From a virus: a DNA stretch of 64,000 bases. Where the stretch lies: the IMG/VR virus record IMGVR_UViG_3300045988_073620, positions 1 through 64,000 of that record. One strand, given 5' to 3'. Below the pieces are notes generated by a model that did no database searches, was not told where the DNA came from, and saw only the letters and a program-made list of their open reading frames with translations. The position numbers were made by a program, and so were the translations under genes. This document shows, piece by piece, positions 51,901-60,435 of the stretch (position 1 is its first letter; the number at the start of each line of letters is the position of its first letter).

Positions 51901-52319
51901 TATCATTTATTAAACTATGCGTCAAGTATTTTATTAAACTATTCTACTAATTTTTCATTCTTTCCAATTCTTTCTGTATACACTCCAGAACGAATGCAGA
52001 CATCTTGACGCCTTTTAGACCGGCTGCTCTTTTTACGTCTTCCTTGGTTCCCTTTGGTGCCATTACTGTTATACGGTCGTACTTGTCTTTTTGATATTGT
52101 GCAATATATGAAAGTTCCTTTTCTTTCTCTTTAAATGCCATTCATTAATCCTCCTGTTATTGTTTGCTTTGATTATATCATTTATTAAACTATGCGTCAA
52201 TTGGCTATGGGTTTTTATTTCGATATTTTTTATTTCCTATTATATGTGCAGAAAAAACACTATTTTAAAAATAATATATTTTATTAAACTATGCTATTGA
52301 CACCATTATTAAACTATGC
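51901..52319. promoter_or_regulatory. five copies of TTATTAAACTATGC embedded in three consensus-like promoters
   Basis: Copies lie at 51907, 51931, 52182, 52281 and 52306. Minus-strand promoters are TTGACG-N17-TATACT and TTGACG-N17-TATAAT. The plus-strand promoter is TTGACA-N17-TAATAT. Confidence 0.7.
51947..52141 (-). CDS. ribbon-helix-helix (Arc/CopG-like) regulator
   Basis: Contains ...DRITVMAPKGTKEDVKRAAGLKGVKMSAFVLECIQKEL. Confidence 0.65.
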   Translation of the reverse strand: MAFKEKEKELSYIAQYQKDKYDRITVMAPKGTKEDVKRAAGLKGVKMSAFVLECIQKELERMKN

Positions 52320-52376
52320 TAATATATAACCATCAATAGAGAACAAAAAACTTAAAACCGAAAAGGAGAAAATAAA

Positions 52377-52553
52377 ATGGAAGAAAAAAGACTGTACAAC
52401 CTGGCATACGATATGTTGTTAATAAGATGGGGCAGCGAACACGATTTTTTGGAAAAACACCCAGATGACGAAATAGCGAAAGTCAGAGAGAAAAAGCTTT
52501 GGAACGAATTAATACAACTCAGAGAAGAAATGAAAGAAAAGAAATTAGCATAA
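52377..52553 (+). CDS. hypothetical 58-aa protein (first gene of the plus-strand operon)
   Basis: AAAGGAG RBS. Hand translation gives MEEKRLYNLAYDMLLIRWGSEHDFLEKHPDDEIAKVREKKLWNELIQLREEMKEKKLA. Confidence 0.55.
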   Translation: MEEKRLYNLAYDMLLIRWGSEHDFLEKHPDDEIAKVREKKLWNELIQLREEMKEKKLA

Positions 52554-52628
52554 TAAAAAAAGCCGGTTGCAATCCTACCAACGCAACCGCCGGATTTCAA
52601 AAAATAAAAAAAGAGAGGTAAGAGAACT

Positions 52629-53027
52629 ATGAAAAGTATTATGAATTTGGCACCCGAACAGGAACAGAGAATAAGAGAAGCAAAGCAGGCACTTGGCAGC
52701 CTGACATATAACACAATGTGTTATGGTTGTAAAGCGCTCCACGGAGACTGCAAGGGAACCACAAGCAAGTTTTACGGTGGCTGCATCTACCGGGAGCCGA
52801 ATGGCTTAAATGCGATATTTGGTTTTGCTCGGTTTGTCCCGGAGCTCATCAAAAACGAGGATTTTTCTTCATATGATGAATTTCTGGAAGAACTGAGAAA
52901 CAACCGCGCCGGCGTTGTTGATTGGCTCGAATCCCGTACACGCAGCGAACACTTCAAAAATGAAATGCTGACCGATAAATATATTGCAGCTTGTAAAAAG
53001 ATTTTGAACATTTTAAAGGAGGCGTGA
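52629..53027 (+). CDS. hypothetical protein
   Basis: ORF track, GAGAGG RBS. Confidence 0.6.
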   Translation: MKSIMNLAPEQEQRIREAKQALGSLTYNTMCYGCKALHGDCKGTTSKFYGGCIYREPNGLNAIFGFARFVPELIKNEDFSSYDEFLEELRNNRAGVVDWLESRTRSEHFKNEMLTDKYIAACKKILNILKEA

Positions 53028-53031
53028 AGCT

Positions 53032-53481
53032 ATGGCAAATACAGTTAAATTGCAAGGAATATCCGGACATCGGGAAGGAACACCAACAAAGAAATTGAAA
53101 ATTGGTGATGTTATCGTGTGGAACTTTGGCTATAAATCAGAGGTGGTTGAAATCAACCCGAGCAAAACCGGAAAAACAATCACTTTCATGTTGAAAAGTT
53201 TCGAAAGCGGTGAAATCAGCCCCCGTAAAATGGGAGCTGATCGGCTCGTAGTTGTTGAAGCAAGAGAGCCAGAACAGCCCAAAAATGAAATTGATCAGGC
53301 GATTTCAGAGCGTGAAAAGACATATTTTGGAATTTATTCCGATATCGGCACGGCACTAGAAAAATTCACAACTGAAGAACTGGCAGAATATTATTTGAAA
53401 CGTTTTGGGGATGGCGGCTTGCGGTATTTTCTCGAACAACAAATAATAGCTGCTGAAATCGCGAAAGAAAAAGCATACTAG
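53032..53481 (+). CDS. hypothetical protein
   Basis: ORF track, GGAGG RBS, tightly coupled to the upstream gene. Confidence 0.65.
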   Translation: MANTVKLQGISGHREGTPTKKLKIGDVIVWNFGYKSEVVEINPSKTGKTITFMLKSFESGEISPRKMGADRLVVVEAREPEQPKNEIDQAISEREKTYFGIYSDIGTALEKFTTEELAEYYLKRFGDGGLRYFLEQQIIAAEIAKEKAY

Positions 53482-53548
53482 GCCGGCAAGCGTACCGGGG
53501 AGCATTTCCCCGGCGGTCTTTTAAAATAAAAAGCAGGAGGAAAATACA

Positions 53549-53752
53549 ATGATTAAAATTGATATGTGGTACGATGACAAAAAGGAACAGGCGACCGGGC
53601 TTGATATCTGGTTCAATGATCTCAGTTGTTTTTATTCTGGCAATATTAAAATTTTCGGTAAAATTATAGGCGATTATTACGCCGACAGCGTGCAAGAAAT
53701 TTGCAAAGCGTTCCCACATCTGGAAAAGAAAATAAATGCTTGTTTGAATTAA
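53549..53752 (+). CDS. hypothetical protein
   Basis: ORF track, AGGAGG RBS. Confidence 0.6.
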   Translation: MIKIDMWYDDKKEQATGLDIWFNDLSCFYSGNIKIFGKIIGDYYADSVQEICKAFPHLEKKINACLN

Positions 53753-53811
53753 CTAAACCAATTCCGGGCGGGGCTTTCCCACCTGCTCTTCTAAAAAATG
53801 GAGGTCTAAAC

Positions 53812-54024
53812 ATGAAATATCATTATATAGCAATTTCAACACAAAATAACGGTAAAAACTTCGCTTCTGTGCTTCGGGTCGCAGAGACAGACAACCTTGT
53901 ATTTTCTTTACAGATTTCCGGCATAACTTCCGCAAATATTTGTAGCACAAGAAAAGAGGCGGAAAAAATTGTTGATTTTTGGAACGAATGTTACAAGAAA
54001 AACAAAACTTTCGGAGGGTTGTAA
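53812..54024 (+). CDS. hypothetical protein
   Basis: Internal ATG (MKYHYIAIS...) behind GGAGG. Confidence 0.55.
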   Translation: MKYHYIAISTQNNGKNFASVLRVAETDNLVFSLQISGITSANICSTRKEAEKIVDFWNECYKKNKTFGGL

Positions 54025-54025
54025 A

Positions 54026-54403
54026 ATGATAAATAAGATTATAAAACCAACGCCAAAGCAGACTATCACGGCCATAAAAAGCCGTGATTTTTCAAAAGTC
54101 GTTAAAATTAAAGAACAGGCAGAAAAGGACGCTAGAAAAGTATTTAATGCGGTCACTTCCGGCTCTGTCCCGCTGATCTGGTACGACTTACCGCCGGTAC
54201 GGTGTCAATCTGGGGCTGTGTCGTTCCTACGGTACGCCTTGCATAAATCCACTAAAAAACAAGGATATTTACAACTTTCCTGTATGGAAATAAAAAACGG
54301 CTGTATGATTCCAACATCTGATCGCCAGTATAGTATAACTGACGGTTTCCGGGAGTTCTTCCGGGACTTGCCCGGGGTCGCAAATATAAATTATTTAGAG
54401 TAG
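54026..54403 (+). CDS. hypothetical protein
   Basis: Internal ATG (MINKIIKP...) behind GGAGGG. Confidence 0.55.
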   Translation: MINKIIKPTPKQTITAIKSRDFSKVVKIKEQAEKDARKVFNAVTSGSVPLIWYDLPPVRCQSGAVSFLRYALHKSTKKQGYLQLSCMEIKNGCMIPTSDRQYSITDGFREFFRDLPGVANINYLE

Positions 54404-55191
54404 TAAAGCGCTGCTCTTTTTCTGGTGTCCTGCATCCGCTCCGGGCGGCGGTGGTTCGTGACCTGTGCCGGGACTTCGCCGGGGCTTGTGTCCCGGTTTG
54501 ATGTGCATTGACAATTATATATAGTTGTACTGGCTTCTATTTGGCGTTTTAACGGCTTTTAGCGTGATTCTGGTATATTTTATCGAAATCATATAAAACT
54601 GTCTTAAATCTTCAAATATCGAGTTGATAATAGGGATTGACGGCAGAACACAACGGGGTTATTATTACTCTGTATAGTTGCGCGGATGCTTTGCCCGCTC
54701 TGGTCTTTACGCTTCCAGATCGTGTGAAGCTATGCGGGCTTTGTTTGTGATCGCTCTGGCGGTCTTATTTCTGTACGATCTTAGGAGTTTTTACTTGGGC
54801 GGTTGCGCCTTAAATGCTTCTATAACGCCGTATTTGACTTTTTAAGCGTGTTTTATGTGTTTCATGTATATTTTACCACGGTTGCATAAAAGCACCTTTA
54901 AACGCGTTTTACAACGCTATATCAGAATTGGTCTTGGCGCTGGCTCTGCACTTCCACAGCTGTTCCCGGGCTGCTCCCGGGTCAACCCCGGCGGGCTGTG
55001 TTGTTTGGCTTTAGTTTTGCCAGATCATGCCGGGCGGTGGGGTTTCACAGGTTCCATGTGGCGGTCTATTCCTGATCGGCTGGAGGTTTCCGGGATGGTC
55101 CCGGGAGGGACAAAGGTACTAAAAAAATGTACGACAAGTTGAAAACAGCATCAAAACCGGGACGGTTTGAACTGGGAAAATCTGAAAAAAA

Positions 55192-55237
55192 TCGCAGAAA
55201 TCTGAAACTAATTCAGACCTGCGACTTTTTATTTTTG
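55192..55237 (+). terminator. nested-hairpin intrinsic terminator
   Basis: TCGCAG...(TCTGAA-N5-TTCAGA)...CTGCGA followed by CTTTTTATTTTT. Confidence 0.7.
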
Positions 55238-55301
55238 TGCATTTTGTATGTAATTTTCTGTAACGTAGCTTGGCACGATGTAAATTTTCACTTCATCACA
55301 T

Positions 55302-56078
55302 TCAATTCATCTTTTCTGGCCATGTTTCTTCACCCCACAATACCGAAAAGTCTGCTTCGGCACTTCTTCTGCTGACCGGTTTCTTTATTCCTTCGTTTTG
55401 CTGACCCACTGCTGATTGTTCCCATGGTCCTTCCTTTCTGAACATCTGCTTCATGTTCTGACTACGTGAATTGAGGTTTATAATTGGTACATCCACATTA
55501 AGTTCATCCGGCACGATACCCACGATTACAACCTTTGTCGGCTCTATTGCATCCAACATTTCTTTAAAATTCTCACAAAATTCCATTCTGGCAGACTTTG
55601 ACCGTACTCTCCCGTTCGTGCAACACGATACCACACTCCTATGTGGCGTACCATCGAATATCCACGGCATATCCTTTGGGCTGATAATATTTACGGACGG
55701 AATAATTTTAACGCCCATAACCGCCCAATAATAGCCTAAGGCATGGTTTCTGTACAGATTGTAGATGTTCAACGCACTTGGCATCCCGGACGCAATTGTG
55801 AAATCTGGGCTGCAAACTGAATTGAAACATTTCAGATGTTCAATATACTGGTCCGGCTGATTCCATACCTGTAGAAAGCTTTTATCATCAATGTAGAAAT
55901 TCACCGTCAGGTCCTTATGGCCTTTTAGTGATCTGGATTTTGAAGACGCAAAGTCAATCGACTTGCCCGGCGAGAAATCCACTTTCGGCAACATTGGTAT
56001 CTGGAATTGCCCGTCAAGTTCTGCACCGGTTATCAGATATTCTTTCATCACATCATATGCGGTATGTATCTGCGTCAT
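55302..56078 (-). CDS. DUF4417-like protein
   Basis: Start at MTQIHTAYD behind GGAGGTG. It contains ...VNFYIDDKSFLQVWNQPDQYIEHLKCFNSVCSPDFT.... Family assignment is from memory. Confidence 0.6.
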   Translation of the reverse strand: MTQIHTAYDVMKEYLITGAELDGQFQIPMLPKVDFSPGKSIDFASSKSRSLKGHKDLTVNFYIDDKSFLQVWNQPDQYIEHLKCFNSVCSPDFTIASGMPSALNIYNLYRNHALGYYWAVMGVKIIPSVNIISPKDMPWIFDGTPHRSVVSCCTNGRVRSKSARMEFCENFKEMLDAIEPTKVVIVGIVPDELNVDVPIINLNSRSQNMKQMFRKEGPWEQSAVGQQNEGIKKPVSRRSAEADFSVLWGEETWPEKMN

Positions 56079-56213
56079 AAAGCCCACCTCCATACAACCA
56101 TATTAACATAATTTGGAAAACAAAAAAAGACCGCATTTCTGCCGTCTACAATGGTTTTACTTGTGTCTCACACACAAGTTTTCCTCCTATGGTTTTAATT
56201 CGAATGTTTGTTC

Positions 56214-56400
56214 TGTTCCCTAGCCTGTTCCCTCGGCTATTTTACATACCCCTAAAAAGCACAAAAAACCTTGATTTTTCAAGGTTTTCGTTAGCAGCCA
56301 GTACGGGAATCGAACGTATCTTTAAACTGCTATCTTTCCCATAAAATCAACATTTCTAACTTTTCCAGGGTGTTCCTTTTTGTTCCCTAGCTGTTCCCTC
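56214..56400. other. attP-like site: tRNA 3' fragment flanked by TGTTCCCT repeats
   Basis: Positions 56293-56315 are the reverse complement of GTTCGATTCCCGTACTGGCTGCT (T-loop, T-stem 3' strand and acceptor 3' strand). GTTCCCTAGC(C)TGTTCCCTC lies at 56214-56234 and 56381-56400. Confidence 0.55.
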
Positions 56401-56419
56401 TTTATAAAATGACCAAAAA

Positions 56420-57700
56420 CTATCTCGATACTACCATAAATTCATCTATGCTGTCCATGATTTTTTGCTTTTTTTGAAGATTCTTTCGGTCTCGGTGATA
56501 ATAAGTTTCTGAGCATGAGATGTTGGCGTGACCCATTTGCGATATTACCATCTGGTTATCTACGCTGTGGTCTAAGAGGATTGTACAATAGGTTTTTCGT
56601 ATTTTGTGCGGTGATTTTTGAACGCATCCAGTGTTCTTGCATACTGTCCGGAGCCGGTTTCTGAATGAATAGGTGTTTATCCTGTGCCCGTCCGCAAAGA
56701 ATATATATTCACAAAATACGGACATGTTCCTGAGCTTTTGAATAATCCATGCACACCCCTGTGGAATTACAACATTTCTTATTCCGGCTTCCGTTTTTGG
56801 AAAATCTTTGACTTCGAAAATTCCTTTGTGGTTTTCATAATGCCTGACTTCGGTTCTTCGGATTCTGACTATTCCGGTATTCGAATCCCAGTCCTCCCAC
56901 TTTAAGGCACTTAGCTCCCCGACTCTCAGGCCGGTTACGAACATGAGCAGTATTCCAAGATTTACCATGTCCTGATTTTCTTTTAGGTATTCTATGATTC
57001 TTCCCATCTCTGCATCATTGAAAACTTCCTTAGAGTCTTCTTTGATGATTTTTTTGAAAGATTTATCCGTTATATCAAGGTCATAGAATAATTCCTGTAC
57101 ATTCCAGTCAATCAGTTTGTTGCGCTTCGCCCATTTCAAGGTACCTCTGGTAATTGTTTTGAGGTTGCAAAAGGCTTTTGCGGTCAGATTATGTTCACTG
57201 ATCTGCTCTTCCAGAAAATTGCTGATGTCACCCGGTTCAAGACTCCTGATTTTCTTCTCGCCAAGTGTTCCGAAAAATCTGGTAAAATCCTGGTGGTATC
57301 TTTGGTAAGTCTGCATAGATATTTTTTTCAAGTCAAATTTACGCTGCGCCCATTCCTCAAATATGGTTTTAATCTTTGGATTCTCAATCTTTTCCCGGTG
57401 AGTCTTTACAATCAGGTCTTCCAAGTCTTTCTTAGACTTCCGCTTGAACATTTTCCTCTGTCCGGTTTCATCGTAAGTCATGCGGATTTTCCAATATCCG
57501 TCCGATGCTTTCCATATGCTGTCCCTGTATTCTTTTAAAATTTCTTCCCTTTTATTCATTTCAATTTGCTCTTGTATGTGAGACAAATTGATGATACCAT
57601 TCTCGATTGCATATTTCAAGTCGTCATTATTCATAAAAATAAGGAGGAACCGGGATATCCTTTCACTGGCCAGCGGCTCCTCGTTCCTCCTTTCTTTCAC
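56420..57700 (-). CDS. int: tyrosine integrase (start uncertain: GTG 57700 or ATG 57634)
   Basis: Contains ...VTGLRVGELSAL... and ...HKIRKTYCTILLD...MGHANISCSETYYHRD. Confidence 0.85.
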   Translation of the reverse strand: MKERRNEEPLASERISRFLLIFMNNDDLKYAIENGIINLSHIQEQIEMNKREEILKEYRDSIWKASDGYWKIRMTYDETGQRKMFKRKSKKDLEDLIVKTHREKIENPKIKTIFEEWAQRKFDLKKISMQTYQRYHQDFTRFFGTLGEKKIRSLEPGDISNFLEEQISEHNLTAKAFCNLKTITRGTLKWAKRNKLIDWNVQELFYDLDITDKSFKKIIKEDSKEVFNDAEMGRIIEYLKENQDMVNLGILLMFVTGLRVGELSALKWEDWDSNTGIVRIRRTEVRHYENHKGIFEVKDFPKTEAGIRNVVIPQGCAWIIQKLRNMSVFCEYIFFADGHRINTYSFRNRLRTVCKNTGCVQKSPHKIRKTYCTILLDHSVDNQMVISQMGHANISCSETYYHRDRKNLQKKQKIMDSIDEFMVVSR

Positions 57701-57909
57701 ACATAGTCAAAAATATTCATCTGCCCCTCCGGCATATCGTCTTCGAGATTGATATATTTACAAGCGATGAATCTCCCCTGCCAGTCCCGGCTCTCTCCAT
57801 ACAACAAGCATTTACTTTTCTTCCCGTCTCGGAAAAATCTGCATTCAGAACAATTGTGCTGGTATGCTGTTCCTCCAGAACGCCTGTACATTTCACTTAT
57901 CGTCCTCAT
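57697..57909 (-). CDS. hypothetical Cys-containing protein
   Basis: ORF track. Confidence 0.55.
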   Translation of the reverse strand: MRTISEMYRRSGGTAYQHNCSECRFFRDGKKSKCLLYGESRDWQGRFIACKYINLEDDMPEGQMNIFDYV

Positions 57910-58730
57910 CTTCGCATCCCCTGTACCATTTCCGTTCTGATGTGCTGTGCCATATGTGCCCGAACAGATTCTTCCGGAAATGGGATTTCGAGCGACCGCT
58001 CCAGAATCCTGTTGGTAATTCTTTCATCATATTTCAGTTCTGATATCTGACAGTTGCTTGTGAATATAGTGATTTTCCTGTCGACATACCGCCCGTTGAT
58101 AATGCTATAGAATCTTTCGTTAATCCACTCCTTACCAGAATCAGCGCCGAAGTCATCAATGATAAGAATTTCTGTTCTGGACAAATCCTCTATCAGCTTT
58201 CCTTCCGCATTCCCTTTATCTCCCCATGTATTCTTGATCTCATCGAGGATTCTTAGGGATGTGGTGAACTTGACTGGCTTCTGGTATTTCTTCATAATTT
58301 CATTCGCCAAGCTGCATACTGTTTTGGTTTTACCAGAGCCTTTTGTGTTTGAGAAAAGATATAATCCTATCCCTTTCTTCTGCATATCAAGAAGATTTTT
58401 AAACCAATAATTTACCGCCTGAGCCGCCTGAGAAAAGACTTTTCGGCTCTCAGCGTTCAAATATACGTTTGACTTCAAATCATTGAAATTTGAGTCTTTA
58501 AACACGCTTGGAAGCTCTGCAAATTTCAATTGATTTTCAAGGATTGTTCTTTTCCTGATTCCGCAAGGGCACTCCTCGCAATACGGAATACCACTTGCAT
58601 CTCTTGTCCATCTCCATCCGCTGTCCCCGCACTCAGGGCATTCAAGCGAATGGGGTGTCCGATTCTTCTCCATTCCATTCTCCGAGTGGGATGATTGGTT
58701 CGACATTTCTTTGAGTTGTGTCAGTTCCAT
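57906..58730 (-). CDS. DnaC/IstB-like AAA+ helicase loader with N-terminal zinc ribbon
   Basis: Walker A TKGSGKT, Walker B ILIIDDFG and a GGGAGG RBS. Confidence 0.8.
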   Translation of the reverse strand: MELTQLKEMSNQSSHSENGMEKNRTPHSLECPECGDSGWRWTRDASGIPYCEECPCGIRKRTILENQLKFAELPSVFKDSNFNDLKSNVYLNAESRKVFSQAAQAVNYWFKNLLDMQKKGIGLYLFSNTKGSGKTKTVCSLANEIMKKYQKPVKFTTSLRILDEIKNTWGDKGNAEGKLIEDLSRTEILIIDDFGADSGKEWINERFYSIINGRYVDRKITIFTSNCQISELKYDERITNRILERSLEIPFPEESVRAHMAQHIRTEMVQGMRR

Positions 58731-59463
58731 TTCGCATATCCTCCCTGTTGTGGTATTTATTTTCGAGTATCTTTAAGAAGTTGTTCGGTTTCACGAACCA
58801 TTCAAAATTTATTGCAAAATCTGTTTTCTTTCCTAGAAGAAAATCGCTTTTTCGCACATTTTCCAGTGCTTGCATTACCTTATCCATGCCATATTCTCGG
58901 ATTCTTGCTTTCAGCATTTGAGTTCGCCTTGATGTCATTCTTGCAATTGGCTGAATCCCGAACTGCTGAAGCTTATTCCACTCATCAACCACTTTCTGCA
59001 CATCTCCGGGCTTGACTAAATCTTTTTCACAAGAAATCTGTTCTGGAATCTCCGGCATACGTTCTTCCTCTGATAATTCTTTCTGACGTTTTCTGTGCTC
59101 TGCAACTCGTTTTCTTGTCTGCTCTCTGATTTTTTCAAGCCCATCAATATTCTGATGCTCTTCCCATCCGGGGATTGAAAGCAACGTTCCATCTCTGGTT
59201 ATCATGCCGAACTTTTCAAGAATTGTCAGTGCAAGTTCGATCACGCTCTCATCAAAGTCCAGCTCGTCAGCCAGCATTTTATTTGTATATGGAATATTCT
59301 CTGTCAAAAAAATAATCCCGTTTGAATTACAACGCCCTGCCATCGTCAGGAGCATCATCCAGATCAGAACGATGCTGTTTCCCTCTGGAAGTTTTCTGAT
59401 ATGCCGGATTTTTTTGTTATCGAACATATCTACTTCTAATCGAATCCAACTCACCTTTGTCAT
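58642..59463 (-). CDS. phage replisome organizer (N-terminal domain type)
   Basis: The N-terminus reads MTKVSWIRLEVDMFDNKKIRHIRKLPEGNSIVLIWMMLLTMAGR.... Confidence 0.75.
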   Translation of the reverse strand: MTKVSWIRLEVDMFDNKKIRHIRKLPEGNSIVLIWMMLLTMAGRCNSNGIIFLTENIPYTNKMLADELDFDESVIELALTILEKFGMITRDGTLLSIPGWEEHQNIDGLEKIREQTRKRVAEHRKRQKELSEEERMPEIPEQISCEKDLVKPGDVQKVVDEWNKLQQFGIQPIARMTSRRTQMLKARIREYGMDKVMQALENVRKSDFLLGKKTDFAINFEWFVKPNNFLKILENKYHNREDMRNGTDTTQRNVEPIIPLGEWNGEESDTPFA

Positions 59464-59531
59464 TTAGCCACCTTCCCGTCTGATAAGGGCATTTCCACCC
59501 TTACCGCATTGATTTTCGGATGAATTTCTCC

Positions 59532-59654
59532 ATTAAAGATCCATCCAGCTTTTTGTGTGATTTTCACAGGTATCATCTTCCTCTATCAGGATGCCTTTGC
59601 GGTCACACAGCCCGTTGTCGTTTTCAATACAAGTTTTGCATGTTTTATCTTCCA
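59532..59654 (-). CDS. Cys-rich 40-aa protein
   Basis: Hand translation gives MEDKTCKTCIENDNGLCDRKGILIEEDDTCENHTKSWMDL. Confidence 0.4.
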
Positions 59655-59941
59655 TTTTCCTCACCCCAATCCAGTTTCTGCCCACACCTAGTACAGTATT
59701 TACTAACAGTATCTATGTTGTAATTACAATTTGGGCAGTTACCGTAAGCACCAACTTTTGTTTTTTTGCCTACTCCGAAGTCTAAATATATTTCGCTCAA
59801 GTTGTTCACTTTCCTCGGAATCTGCTTCTCCAATGCCTTAACCGCACGTTCCAACGCTTTCTGATATTCAACAAGAGACCAATCTTGTTTGATTATGTCA
59901 ATTCGTTCTCACAAGATTTCAATTGCTTCTTCTGGTTTCAT
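59645..59941 (-). pseudogene. zinc-ribbon protein interrupted by an in-frame TGA at 59909-59911
   Basis: GGGAGG+ATG opens MKPEEAIEIL, then TGA, then ERIDIIKQDWSLVEYQKALERAVKALEKQIP...CPNCN...CTRCGQKLDW. There is no ATG after the stop. Confidence 0.65.
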
Positions 59942-59942
59942 A

Positions 59943-60158
59943 TTAATCCTCCCTATAAATGCTCAATGATCTATCAATGTAATATGGCTTTCCACCGATA
60001 AATCGTGTTTTCAGTTCACTATTTTCAAGAGATACAATGAGTACGCAATTATTTAATACTGCGGCAATTTCGTCTCCATCTTCAAGTTTTGCATCATCTC
60101 CGTATTCCTGCTTGAACTATTCCATTGCCAAGTTAATTATTTTAACTAATTCTTCCAT
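59943..60158 (-). pseudogene. small protein interrupted by an in-frame TAG at 60117-60119
   Basis: AGGAGG+ATG opens MEELVKIINLAME, then TAG, then FKQEYGDDAKLEDGDEIAAVLNNCVLIVSLENSELKTRFIGGKPYYIDRSLSIYRED. The downstream part has no start codon. Confidence 0.6.
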
Positions 60159-60177
60159 GGTTAATCCTCCTAATGCA

Positions 60178-60435
60178 CTACTTCCTAAAGGAATCAAAAT
60201 CAATAAACAGTTTTTTCTTTTTACCACATTTCTTGCATACCAGAAGAGTTTCTCCATCATTTACCCAATGCCATTGAATTTCGTAAATGTGCGGTTTGCA
60301 GAGACACTTGATTTTGCAACCATTCTTTCGCCATCTGTTGAATTTATTGATTATCCCGTAGGCTAATATGTAAACCATAAATACAACTGTGAATACACCT
60401 ATTGCTATGAAAAACGTTTTTATTGCATCAACCAT
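60178..60435 (-). CDS. membrane-anchored zinc-ribbon protein
   Basis: ORF track, with a TM N-terminus and CKKCGKK. Confidence 0.55.
   Translation of the reverse strand: MVDAIKTFFIAIGVFTVVFMVYILAYGIINKFNRWRKNGCKIKCLCKPHIYEIQWHWVNDGETLLVCKKCGKKKKLFIDFDSFRK

Noticed and set aside
52352-52714. 120-aa minus-strand ORF
   Set aside because: It overlaps two plus-strand genes that have RBSs and a promoter with operator repeats. Its composition (L/F/S/C-rich) is implausible.
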